Below are positions 30,737-40,149 of a stretch of 64,000 bases of DNA, one piece after another. Source of the stretch: Desulfomonilia bacterium (GTDB lineage: Bacteria; Desulfobacterota; Desulfomonilia; UBA1062); the NCBI GenBank assembly GCA_050014195.1, contig JBEKDT010000003.1, positions 192,001-256,000 of the forward strand, given 5' to 3'. The translations under genes were made by a program, and so were the position numbers. Position 1 is the first letter of the stretch, and every line of letters begins with the position of its first letter. The notes under the pieces are model-generated. The model did no database searches. It was not told the DNA's origin and saw only the letters and a program-made list of their open reading frames with translations.

Positions 30737-31994
30737 GTTCATCATATACGGCGGTAACGCACTACGCGGGAGCGTTACTATTTCAGGGTCCAAGAATGCT
30801 GCACTGCCAATACTCTGCTCATCTATCCTTGCAGATGGTTTGTGCACCTTCAACAATGTTCCGCGGCTCATGGACATTAAAACCATCTGTGAAGTGCTTG
30901 CTCAACTGGGCATCAAGGCAGACAAACCTGCGCAGAATACGGTCGTTCTAGACCCGACGGGCATCACTTCATATGAGGCCCCGTATGACCTGGTCAAGAG
31001 CATGAGGGCGTCCATCCTGGTGCTGGGTCCATTGCTTGCCAAATATGGAAAGGCCAAGGTGTCGCTGCCCGGAGGGTGCGCCATTGGCATGAGGCCCATA
31101 GACTTGCACCTGAAGGCCTTTGCCAAGATGGGGGCTGAAATTGAGCTTTCCCACGGGTACGTGATAGCCAATACCAAGAAATTGAAGGGCACCAGGATCG
31201 TGTTCGACAGCACCACCGTAGGCGGCACCGAGAACGTCATGATGGCGGCATGTCTGGCTGATGGAACCACCGTTATCGAGGGTGCGGCCAGGGAGCCCGA
31301 GGTTGTGGACCTTGCAGAGGCCTTGAATGCAATGGGCGCCCGCATCGAGGGCGTCGGCGAGAGCACCATGGTTATTGAGGGTGTGAAATCGCTTTCCGGG
31401 CTGAACTATGATATTATACCCGACCGGATTGAGCTGGCGACATTTCTGGTTGCAGCAGCCATCACCAAGGGGAAACTCACCATCAAGGGCGGCAGGGCCG
31501 GTCATGTATCAGCCGTCATTGATAAGCTCATGGAGATGGGCATTCAGATTGAAGAAAGATCCGGCGGCAATATCCAGGTGAATGGTGATTGTGATCTGAA
31601 GCCTGTTGATGTACAGACCGTTCCCTACCCAGGGTTCCCCACTGATATGCAGGCGCAGATAATGTCTTTGGCCTGTATCGCTGATGGGGCCTCCAGTATC
31701 ACGGAGAACATCTTCGAGAATCGTTTCATGCATGTGCCCGAACTCATGCGCATGGGGGCCAAGCTTGAGGAGAAGGGCACAACCGTGATCGTACGCGGTA
31801 TCGATCGATTCCAAGGAGCTTCCGTCATGGCAACCGACCTGAGGGCCTCAGCCAGTCTGGTGCTTGCTGCCTTGAACGCCAGCGGATACACCGAGATCAG
31901 GAGGATCTACCATCTGGACCGGGGTTATGAAGGCCTGGATCAGAAGCTCATCAAGCTCGGTGCGGAAGTATCCCGGGAGAAGGGCGGTCTGTGA
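30729..31994 (+). CDS. murA: UDP-N-acetylglucosamine 1-carboxyvinyltransferase
   Basis: GSKNAALP, MRAS, PGGCAIG, YPGFPTDMQ, FENRF, DLRA, LDRGY. Confidence 0.97.
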   Translation: MDKFIIYGGNALRGSVTISGSKNAALPILCSSILADGLCTFNNVPRLMDIKTICEVLAQLGIKADKPAQNTVVLDPTGITSYEAPYDLVKSMRASILVLGPLLAKYGKAKVSLPGGCAIGMRPIDLHLKAFAKMGAEIELSHGYVIANTKKLKGTRIVFDSTTVGGTENVMMAACLADGTTVIEGAAREPEVVDLAEALNAMGARIEGVGESTMVIEGVKSLSGLNYDIIPDRIELATFLVAAAITKGKLTIKGGRAGHVSAVIDKLMEMGIQIEERSGGNIQVNGDCDLKPVDVQTVPYPGFPTDMQAQIMSLACIADGASSITENIFENRFMHVPELMRMGAKLEEKGTTVIVRGIDRFQGASVMATDLRASASLVLAALNASGYTEIRRIYHLDRGYEGLDQKLIKLGAEVSREKGGL

Positions 31995-33292
31995 TGATCA
32001 TTATCCGGACATCGGAAAAGGGCTGGAAAGAAAACTTAAGATCCCTGCTTGACCGTATGAGGGATGTACCTGATGAGGTGGACAATACGGTCAGACAGAT
32101 CATCGAGCAGGTCAGGACCAAGGGTGATGCTGCCCTGTTCGAATACTCGAGAACCTTTGACGGGTTCGATCCTGAAAAGGACGGGCTTTGCTTCGGCCCT
32201 GACGAGATTGCTCAAGCCCATAAACAGAGCCCACCCGAGATGATAGAGGCGATTACGTGCGCTGCCAAGCGCATCGAGTCGTTCCATACCCACCAGAAGG
32301 AGCAATCCTGGTTCTTTGCCGATGAGTCGGGCACCATTCTCGGGCAGAAGGTTACTGCAATCGGCAGTGTGGGCATCTACATCCCGGGCGGCATGAACGC
32401 ATTCCCTTCCACGGTACTCATGAATGTCATCCCTGCAAAGATTGCCGGCGTGGAAAATATCGTAGTGGTCTCCCCCACCCCTTCAGGCAGGGTGAGCCAG
32501 GCCCTGCTGGCTGCTGCCCACATTGCGGGCGTAGAGAGGATCTTTCGTATCGGGGGAGCCCAGGCCATAGCCGCACTGGCTTACGGAACAAAGAGCATCC
32601 CGAAGGTGGACAAGGTGGTGGGCCCGGGTAACATCTATGTGGCGCATGCCAAAAGGCTGCTCCAGGGAACCATAGGGATTGACGCCTTTGCAGGCCCTTC
32701 CGAGATACTCGTGATTGCCGATTCCGGGGCGGATCCTCATGTTGTGGCGTGCGATCTGCTCTCCCAGGCGGAGCACGATACAAAGGCATCAGCCATATTG
32801 ATAACGCCTTCGGAGGTGCTTGCCGGCAAGGTGCTCAAGGCCCTCAAGAAGGCCATCACTACCCTGCCGCGGAAAGACACCATCGCTCAGGCCCTTGACA
32901 ACCATGGTGCGTGCATCCTCACCAGGGATCTGGATGAGGCCGTAAGCATAGCCAATGAGGTCGCGCCCGAGCATCTGGAGCTCATGCTGGAAAACGCCTA
33001 TGAATATCTTGGCAGGATAAAGAATGCAGGGGCCGTCTTCCTCGGATATATGACCCCCGAGGCCATAGGTGATTATATGGCCGGGCCCAATCACACCCTG
33101 CCCACGGGGTCCACGGCGCGGTTTTATTCACCGCTTGGGGTCTATGATTTCACCAAGCGCACGAGTGTCATCGGGATCTCGAAGCAGGCCATTGACACGC
33201 TGGGTCCCATGGCGGTGCGCATTGCCCGCGCTGAAGACCTGGAGGCACATGCACGATCAGTCGAATGCCGTCTGGGCAAACAAGATACTTGA
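31991..33292 (+). CDS. hisD: Histidinol dehydrogenase
   Basis: GGAQAIAALAYGT, GPGN, AGPSE, LSQAEHD, APEHL, GPNHTLPT. Confidence 0.97.
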   Translation: MMIIIRTSEKGWKENLRSLLDRMRDVPDEVDNTVRQIIEQVRTKGDAALFEYSRTFDGFDPEKDGLCFGPDEIAQAHKQSPPEMIEAITCAAKRIESFHTHQKEQSWFFADESGTILGQKVTAIGSVGIYIPGGMNAFPSTVLMNVIPAKIAGVENIVVVSPTPSGRVSQALLAAAHIAGVERIFRIGGAQAIAALAYGTKSIPKVDKVVGPGNIYVAHAKRLLQGTIGIDAFAGPSEILVIADSGADPHVVACDLLSQAEHDTKASAILITPSEVLAGKVLKALKKAITTLPRKDTIAQALDNHGACILTRDLDEAVSIANEVAPEHLELMLENAYEYLGRIKNAGAVFLGYMTPEAIGDYMAGPNHTLPTGSTARFYSPLGVYDFTKRTSVIGISKQAIDTLGPMAVRIARAEDLEAHARSVECRLGKQDT

Positions 33293-34565
33293 TAAGGTCC
33301 TGCCTCACCTGCCGCAGCAGACATATCTTGTGGGCGGGTGCGTGCGAGACCTGATCCTTGGAAACGACCCTTCTGACTTTGACCTTGTCACATTCGGCCC
33401 TCCCATGGACCTCGCCCTCCAGATCGGTGCGGTAGTAGGAGGCAAGGCCTTTTTCATCGACTCTGAACGCCAGGTGGCCAGAGTTGCTCTTAACCATGGG
33501 AAGCTGACCATCGATGTGTCTCCTCCCAGGGGAGCAGACATCGAATCAGATTTAGCTCAGAGGGATATCACCATAAATGCAATGGCCATAAACCCCGCAG
33601 ACGGTACGCTTATCGACCTGCATGGCGGCAGGCAGGATCTGAAAGAAGGACGAATCCGGCTCATTGCGGAGAAGAACCTGACAGACGACCCTTTACGGGG
33701 CTTACGCTGCCTGAGATTCTCAGTACAGCTCCGGTTCTCTATCGATTCAGGCACCATGGAACTCATTCGGAAGAATTCCCTTGCCCTTGAAAGGGTGTCC
33801 CCCGAACGGATCAAACAAGAATTTCTCAAGGCATTGGGTTGCCCCGAAGGCTCTATGTTTTTTAGTCTCCTGGCTGATGCACGCTACATCCCGATTCTCT
33901 TCGGAATGTCCATCGATAAAGATCGGCTTAAGACCGCCCTGGAATTCGCTTCAGAGATGGATCGATTATTCCATGATGTACGAACATACCTCCCCGGTAC
34001 AGAGGACCATTTTGAGCATGAACTGGAACATGGTTTGACAAGGGAAGCAGCTTTGCGGTTAACAGCGTTTTTTGCAGGGATGCCCGGTTCAATGCTGCCT
34101 GGAGATGAGCCTGACCGTGTCTACTCATGGTGCAAGAGGCTCGCCTTTTCCTCTAAGGCATGCCACGTCATTGCCAAGGCCGTCTCAGGCTTAAGGATCG
34201 TGCTCAGCCAGGCCGAAAAACCTGTTCTTACAGGCAGTGAAGTGCACCGGCTTTTCTCTTCCCATGAGGAATGTATCCCTGAGATGCTCTTGCTTGCCAT
34301 TGTTGCACACAGTCGGGAATCAAGAGAACAAGAGGATTCCTTCACGGTACGCGTCAGAGCACTCTGGGAATATTTCTTGACCGTTTTTACGGTCCATTCG
34401 CAGCGTCCGCTGCTCACCGGCGATGACATCATGGAAGCCTTTTGTATGCCATGCGGGCCTAAAATCGGGGTGCTGCTTCGACAGGTTGAAGAGGCGCGTG
34501 CTGATGGTTTGATCTCGAATACCCAGCAGGCCCTTGAGTATCTCCGCAAGAATATCTCGGAATAA
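33249..34565 (+). CDS. Class II tRNA nucleotidyltransferase, probably CC-adding
   Basis: VGGCVRD..DFD, RDITINAMA, DDPLRGLRCLRF, SPERI, LLTGDDIM; flexible loop missing; start uncertain (overlaps hisD). Confidence 0.85.
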   Translation: MHDQSNAVWANKILDKVLPHLPQQTYLVGGCVRDLILGNDPSDFDLVTFGPPMDLALQIGAVVGGKAFFIDSERQVARVALNHGKLTIDVSPPRGADIESDLAQRDITINAMAINPADGTLIDLHGGRQDLKEGRIRLIAEKNLTDDPLRGLRCLRFSVQLRFSIDSGTMELIRKNSLALERVSPERIKQEFLKALGCPEGSMFFSLLADARYIPILFGMSIDKDRLKTALEFASEMDRLFHDVRTYLPGTEDHFEHELEHGLTREAALRLTAFFAGMPGSMLPGDEPDRVYSWCKRLAFSSKACHVIAKAVSGLRIVLSQAEKPVLTGSEVHRLFSSHEECIPEMLLLAIVAHSRESREQEDSFTVRVRALWEYFLTVFTVHSQRPLLTGDDIMEAFCMPCGPKIGVLLRQVEEARADGLISNTQQALEYLRKNISE

Positions 34566-34633
34566 CCCTTCTTGAAAGCAAGGGTAATCTCGTTGACTGC
34601 ACACATTATGAGACGGCATTGGCGGATTGTCGT

Positions 34634-34662
34634 TTTACATTCAAGCCAATATTTGGTATAGT
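34634..34662 (+). promoter_or_regulatory. Sigma70-type promoter for the CBS gene
   Basis: TTTACA-17 bp-TATAGT with extended -10 TG. Confidence 0.6.
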
Positions 34663-34669
34663 TTCCTTC

Positions 34670-35269
34670 ATGAAGGTCGAATCGTGGATGGTCAAGGATG
34701 TCGTCACCATTACGAGCAATTCCGCCATCAAGGATGCGCTCATGGTGATGAAGAAGCATTCCGTGCGGCACCTGCCCGTGGTGGATCAGGGCTCTTTTGT
34801 GGGGTTAGTGGCGCTGGGGGATCTCAAACAGGCTATTATCGCCTCCATGATAGAGCAGCTCAAGGTCAGCGATGTGATGATCCGCGAGCCATACACCATC
34901 ACACGGGAGACCACACTTGAGAAGGCTGCCCAGATCATCTATGAGAAACGCATCGGGTGCCTGCCGGTCGTGGAAGACGACAAGATCGTGGGCATCCTCA
35001 CGGTCAATGACATCCTGAAGGCCTTTATCGACATCATGGGGGTACTCAAAGGCGGCTCTCGAGTCGACGTCATCCTGAAGAACGTTCACGGGTCCTTTGA
35101 CGAGGTGGTGTCCATCATCGAGTCCAAAGGCGGCTACATCATCAGCGTCGGCATGACTTTAAACGGCGAGGACAACACTCACCATTTCCGTATATCCGGA
35201 GGCGATGCCCCCGATATAGCCCGGGAGCTGACAAGCATGGGCTACCGCGGCGTCAAGGTTATTGACTGA
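34670..35269 (+). CDS. CBS-pair plus ACT domain protein (AcuB-like)
   Basis: VRHLPVVD and IGCLPVV CBS repeats, C-terminal ACT-like region. Confidence 0.88.
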   Translation: MKVESWMVKDVVTITSNSAIKDALMVMKKHSVRHLPVVDQGSFVGLVALGDLKQAIIASMIEQLKVSDVMIREPYTITRETTLEKAAQIIYEKRIGCLPVVEDDKIVGILTVNDILKAFIDIMGVLKGGSRVDVILKNVHGSFDEVVSIIESKGGYIISVGMTLNGEDNTHHFRISGGDAPDIARELTSMGYRGVKVID

Positions 35270-35550
35270 TTCTTCAGGGAGTGTTCTATCTCCTCGATGC
35301 GCAAGCCCTCGACGGCAACCAGCTTGTTCCTGCTTTTCCCCCCCCTGATGATGGATATTTTTGATTTAGAAATTCCGAGGCGTTTGGAGAGGAATTTGAT
35401 GAGGGCATCGTTGGCCTTGCCCTCCACGGCAGGTGCATTCAGACGGATCACCACGGCATCATTCTTTATCTCTCCGGTACCTTCCCTGGCGGAGTTCGGT
35501 TGAACCCTGCACGAAATGATTGCAGAGCCCCCTTTTTGGCTAACCCACAT
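35242..35550 (-). CDS. yggU: DUF167/YggU family protein
   Basis: RVQPNS, APAVEGKAN, GGKSRNK. Confidence 0.88.
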   Translation of the reverse strand: MWVSQKGGSAIISCRVQPNSAREGTGEIKNDAVVIRLNAPAVEGKANDALIKFLSKRLGISKSKISIIRGGKSRNKLVAVEGLRIEEIEHSLKNQSITLTPR

Positions 35551-36058
35551 TCCCCTGGTCTCTCATCCAGGACTGGTATGATTCCAGAACGGACTTGAGC
35601 TCGTTGAGGAGCGAGTCCTTTTTGGTTTTCAGGTCCGTAAGACTCCGCTCGATCTCGTTCTTTGACCGCTCTGCATCCCTAAGAATTTCACGGGCTTTCA
35701 AGGCCGCCTGTGTATACAGTTCCTGGGCCTTCTGCTCCGCCTCCACCAGTTTCTGATTGGCAGAGAGCTGAATCTCGGAGGCCTTTTTATCGGCTGTGGA
35801 GAGAATGCTGCGCGCATCGACATCGGCCCGCTTCATCTTTTCATCAGAGAACTGCTTGACCGACAGGAAGAGATCTTCCAGATCTTTCTGTCTACGCTGG
35901 ACAGCCTCCATCTCGCTCTTAAGCATGGTGTTCTCCTCGATGAGCAGCTCCATGTCCTCGGCAATGTCCAGGAGGAAGGCAATCACCTCGTTCTTGTCAA
36001 ATCCGGACAGCTTTACCTTGAAGCGTTGTTCCCGGATCATCTCCGGCGACAGTTTCAT
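35540..36058 (-). CDS. DivIVA domain protein
   Basis: LSPEMIREQRF..KLSGFDKNEV N-terminus followed by coiled coil; yggT-divIVA-yggU order. Confidence 0.88.
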   Translation of the reverse strand: MKLSPEMIREQRFKVKLSGFDKNEVIAFLLDIAEDMELLIEENTMLKSEMEAVQRRQKDLEDLFLSVKQFSDEKMKRADVDARSILSTADKKASEIQLSANQKLVEAEQKAQELYTQAALKAREILRDAERSKNEIERSLTDLKTKKDSLLNELKSVLESYQSWMRDQGNVG

Positions 36059-36367
36059 TTAAAGCCCCCCTTTCAGCCTCATGCCGGTCTCGACGATGGT
36101 GCCGGCAACGGCATAGTCAAGGAACACAATTGCTGCGATTATGATAATTGGCGAGAGGTCAATCCCGCCGATTACCAAGGGGAGTCGCCTTCGCAGCCAA
36201 GAGAAGAGCGGATAGGTTGCACCCTGAAGGAAACGCACGATGGGATTATAGGGATCAGGGTTCACCCAGGAGATGAGTGCTCCGATGATGACGATCCACA
36301 TGTAGGCGTTTAGGAGGATATGCAATACCTTGCCGAATCCGATGAGTATGTTGCCGAGGATATACAT
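36059..36367 (-). CDS. yggT: YggT family membrane protein
   Basis: ISWVNPDPYNPIVRFL, GGIDLSP. Confidence 0.92.
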   Translation of the reverse strand: MYILGNILIGFGKVLHILLNAYMWIVIIGALISWVNPDPYNPIVRFLQGATYPLFSWLRRRLPLVIGGIDLSPIIIIAAIVFLDYAVAGTIVETGMRLKGGL

Positions 36368-36514
36368 GACACCTCCCCTCCTCAGGTTATACACCTTCCT
36401 ATTTGCCGGTTTCATCAAGAGAATGCAAGGGATTTTCCTGTATTTCATCCCTCTTATCACCCGAAGTCATACGGGTGCTTGCAGCGGACATCAAGCTCTG
36501 CTAAAGCGTGAGGT

Positions 36515-39500
36515 GTGAAGTTGTCCAGGGTTGAAATTAAGGGGTTCAAGTCCATTGCAAAAAAGACCGCTCTCGCCGTGGCGGGCGGGGTGACCTGCAT
36601 TGCAGGTCCCAACGGGTGCGGCAAGAGCAACATCATTGATGCCGTCAGGTGGGCACTTGGTGAGCAGTCGCCCAAGTCCCTAAGGGCTACTGCCATGAAT
36701 GAGGTGATCTTCTCCGGGACCCAGGAGGTAGGCCCCAGCTCCATGGCCAGCGTTACATTAGAGTTCATCAAGGATGGAGGCCATTTCCCCAAAACCCTGG
36801 AGGGGTTCGACCAGGTCTCCATCACCAGGCGGCTTTTCCGATCAGGCGAGAGCGAATACCTCATCAACAACGTCAAGTGCCGGCTTAAGGATATAACGGA
36901 TCTATTCTTAGACACGGGCCTGCACAGGAACGGCTATGCCATCATCGAGCAAGGCAAGGTCAAGGATATCATCCAATCAAGGCCCGAGGAGATCCGTTAC
37001 CTTATAGAAGAGGCAGCCGAGGTGGGCAAGTTCCGAGTAAAGCGTACCGAGGCCTTGAGAAGGCTTGAGGCCACATCCAGGAACCTTGAGCGAATCAATG
37101 ATTTTCTGGGTGAGGTGACAAGGCAGAGAAACGACCTGAGATCCCAGGCGAACAAGGCCAGGAAATATCAGGAACTGCGCAAAGAAGTTAATGAGATCTC
37201 CAGGATTCTTTCTACATGCGAACTCAAGGAGATTGCCACGGTCAAAGGGGCCCAAGATGCTGAGCTTAAGGACGTGGAGGCTGGTTTGGACCATGCTGAG
37301 ACCCAGCGGGCCGGTCTGGTGGAGAAGATGGGTGCGTATGAAACCGAATGTACCCGGATGAAAACCGAAATGGAATCTCTGTCTTCACGTTTAATCGCTG
37401 CCGAGTCCAAGCAGTTACTCACAAAGCAGGAGATAGAGGCATCCGAGGCGCGGCTTAAAGACATCAGCTCTACCATGTGCATGCTTACCCAAAACATGGA
37501 GGACAGCCGCAAGTCTATTGAGGAGGAGGAGGGAAAGACTGCAACCCTTAAGCAGGAACAAAAAGACCTCACATCCGAGATAGAAGTTATACAGGCGCAC
37601 ATTGCACAACTACAGGCAGGGCATGACAATCTTGTGAGGGAATATGATGCGCTTGAGCGGGAATACAACGAAAAGAGGACAGGGCTCTTTGAGACTATTG
37701 GAGATGTGCGTTCACTTGAGCAGCATATTATTGAGATCCAGGACCGCCACAAGGAGGTGACCTCCACTATTAAAAAGAGGCAGCAGGACCTTTCCGCTTC
37801 ATCCGAGTCCGCTGAAACCTTGTCGCGTGAGCTTACAAATATTGAGATGGAGATTTCCCGCAGAAACGATAACATGCCGCCCCTCCGGCATCAGATCGAT
37901 GATAAAACCGGAGAAATTAATGCCGCCAAATCCCGCATTGAGGGTTGTACACAGACTCTGATTGATCTTGAAAAGACTCATGCCGAGATCCTTGCCAAGC
38001 TTTCTGTCCTCGGCAGGATCCTCGATGCGGAATCCTCTCCGGCGAAAGGCCCGGACAAAGGGCACCTAAACGGGGCAAAGAAGGTATCGGATCTTCTCAG
38101 CGTCCAGGCCGGGTTCGAGACCGCGGTCGGCAGATCCATGGGGACTGCGTTGGACTACCTGATCTTCCGTGATCATGAAGAGATCCTTGCACTTAAGGAG
38201 TTCGAAACGAAAAGCCCCGGCTTTGTGATCGAGCGACCCCATATTGATAATCATGTGCAGGGCCCGCCTCCTGGAAGCAGTGGCGTGCTGGGGCACCTTA
38301 AGGATTTTATCAAGACCCATGACGGCTATGCGGATCTTGTGCATGCACTTTCCCAGAACATGTGGGTGGTCGAAGGGCTTGATACGGCCATCAAATTGTG
38401 GAGGCGGGGACAGCGTTCATGCAGCTTCGTCACCATGGATGGGATGATCCTGGAACCCACAGGTGTCATCAGGACCACACAGGAACACACGAAGTATGCG
38501 GACGCGCTCAAGGCAAAGGCCGAGATGAAGGAACTGGGTGAACGAAGGCATACCACCCAGGCGGATATGGAGCAGCAGCAGCGGTTGCTCCGGCAGGCTA
38601 AACAGGAGCTTTTCGATCTTACGGCGGAGCACGATAACGCCTGCGCCGCGTTGAGCTTCCTGGAACGGGAGATAGCGACCTTTGTCGAGAAAAAAGGGCG
38701 CATCCTGGCCCAGAAGGAGAGGATCCTCGACCAGCAGCGCACATATGAGGCGGAACTCGCCCAGACAAATGATCTTGCAGCCAGGCTTGACACTCAGGCA
38801 GCATCGTGTGCGCAGCAAAAGGTTACCCTTGAAGGTGAGCGGATGAAGCGGGAGGAAGCCCTCAAGGAGATTGATGAAAGAAAGAATGCATCCAGGCTTG
38901 AGCTTACCACGATGCAGACCGAGATGCAGGTAACCCGGGAGCATCTTAATGATCTGAAGGTCATCTTCGCAGAGAAGGCTGCAGCCATCAAGGCACTTCA
39001 AGAGGCTTTTGATAAGCGAAGACAGGCCATGGTAAAGGACCAGTCCAGGATCGATGAGCTTATGGAAACCAGGGTTTCCGTGGAGCAGGTTATGCTCGCA
39101 GCCGTGCAAGAGATGGAAGCGGCACAAACATCTATCGAAAGCCTCAAGATCTCATATGCAGCCCTCATGCCCGAATATGAAAAGACGCTGGGTCTGTTAA
39201 GGGCTTCACAGGAAGAGGACAGGATACTGCGCAATACCATTGATGAGATGGAGAAAATGCGTTCCGCAGTCCTCTTGAAGAGGAAAGAATTCGAGATCGC
39301 CTATGCCATGAACCTCGAACGGATGGAAGGGAGATTCGGCCAAGGCATCCCCGAGATCCCGGATGTCTTTGATGCAGGGCAGGCTCGGCAAAGGGTCGGC
39401 GAGCTTGAGGAGCGGATAGAAAAGATGGGGCAGATCAATTTTGCCTCGCTGGAAGCCTTCGAGCAGGCGCAGAAACGATGGGAAGATCTCCACCGGCAGT

Positions 39501-40027
39501 ATGAGGACATCATTCATGCAAGCACCAGGCTGAAAGAGGTGATCTCGAGTATCGAACGCCAGAGCATCAAGGCATTCACTGCAACCTTTGTTAAGGTGAA
39601 GGAGAACTTCCAGGAGATCTTCATTGCCATGTTCGGCGGAGGAAAGGCGGACCTTGTCCTGGCCGAGGGAGACGAGATAGAGGCCGGCATCGAAATCTTT
39701 GCATCTCCACCCTTCAAGAGACTTAAGGCCATGAGCCTCCTGTCGGAAGGAGAAAAGACCCTATGCGCCATAAGCTTCATATTTGCCCTATTCAAGGTCA
39801 ACCCATCGCCTTTCTGCATCCTGGATGAAGTGGACGCACCTCTTGACGATGCCAATGTTATCCGGCTCAATCGTCTCATAAGGTCTTTCTCAGACGATTC
39901 CCAATTCCTTATTGTCACCCATAACAGGCACACCATGGAAACGGCTGATATCCTCTATGGCGTCACCTTTGATGTACCGGGGATCAGCAAGGTAGTCTCC
40001 ATGGTCCTGGAGGAATTACAGGGATAA
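36515..40027 (+). CDS. smc: Chromosome segregation protein SMC
   Basis: GFKS, GPNGCGKSN Walker A, IIEQG, coiled coils and hinge, LDEVDAPLD Walker B/D-loop, IVTH. Confidence 0.95.
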   Translation: MKLSRVEIKGFKSIAKKTALAVAGGVTCIAGPNGCGKSNIIDAVRWALGEQSPKSLRATAMNEVIFSGTQEVGPSSMASVTLEFIKDGGHFPKTLEGFDQVSITRRLFRSGESEYLINNVKCRLKDITDLFLDTGLHRNGYAIIEQGKVKDIIQSRPEEIRYLIEEAAEVGKFRVKRTEALRRLEATSRNLERINDFLGEVTRQRNDLRSQANKARKYQELRKEVNEISRILSTCELKEIATVKGAQDAELKDVEAGLDHAETQRAGLVEKMGAYETECTRMKTEMESLSSRLIAAESKQLLTKQEIEASEARLKDISSTMCMLTQNMEDSRKSIEEEEGKTATLKQEQKDLTSEIEVIQAHIAQLQAGHDNLVREYDALEREYNEKRTGLFETIGDVRSLEQHIIEIQDRHKEVTSTIKKRQQDLSASSESAETLSRELTNIEMEISRRNDNMPPLRHQIDDKTGEINAAKSRIEGCTQTLIDLEKTHAEILAKLSVLGRILDAESSPAKGPDKGHLNGAKKVSDLLSVQAGFETAVGRSMGTALDYLIFRDHEEILALKEFETKSPGFVIERPHIDNHVQGPPPGSSGVLGHLKDFIKTHDGYADLVHALSQNMWVVEGLDTAIKLWRRGQRSCSFVTMDGMILEPTGVIRTTQEHTKYADALKAKAEMKELGERRHTTQADMEQQQRLLRQAKQELFDLTAEHDNACAALSFLEREIATFVEKKGRILAQKERILDQQRTYEAELAQTNDLAARLDTQAASCAQQKVTLEGERMKREEALKEIDERKNASRLELTTMQTEMQVTREHLNDLKVIFAEKAAAIKALQEAFDKRRQAMVKDQSRIDELMETRVSVEQVMLAAVQEMEAAQTSIESLKISYAALMPEYEKTLGLLRASQEEDRILRNTIDEMEKMRSAVLLKRKEFEIAYAMNLERMEGRFGQGIPEIPDVFDAGQARQRVGELEERIEKMGQINFASLEAFEQAQKRWEDLHRQYEDIIHASTRLKEVISSIERQSIKAFTATFVKVKENFQEIFIAMFGGGKADLVLAEGDEIEAGIEIFASPPFKRLKAMSLLSEGEKTLCAISFIFALFKVNPSPFCILDEVDAPLDDANVIRLNRLIRSFSDDSQFLIVTHNRHTMETADILYGVTFDVPGISKVVSMVLEELQG

Positions 40028-40149
40028 AACAATTCTTCATAAAGGGAAAATATTTACCGTTTTCTCTTTTTCTTTCCCGAAAAAACAGCTTACTAGAGAG
40101 GTTTGATCCGTGCACATATATTGCAAGGAAATAACAAGAGGTATGATTC

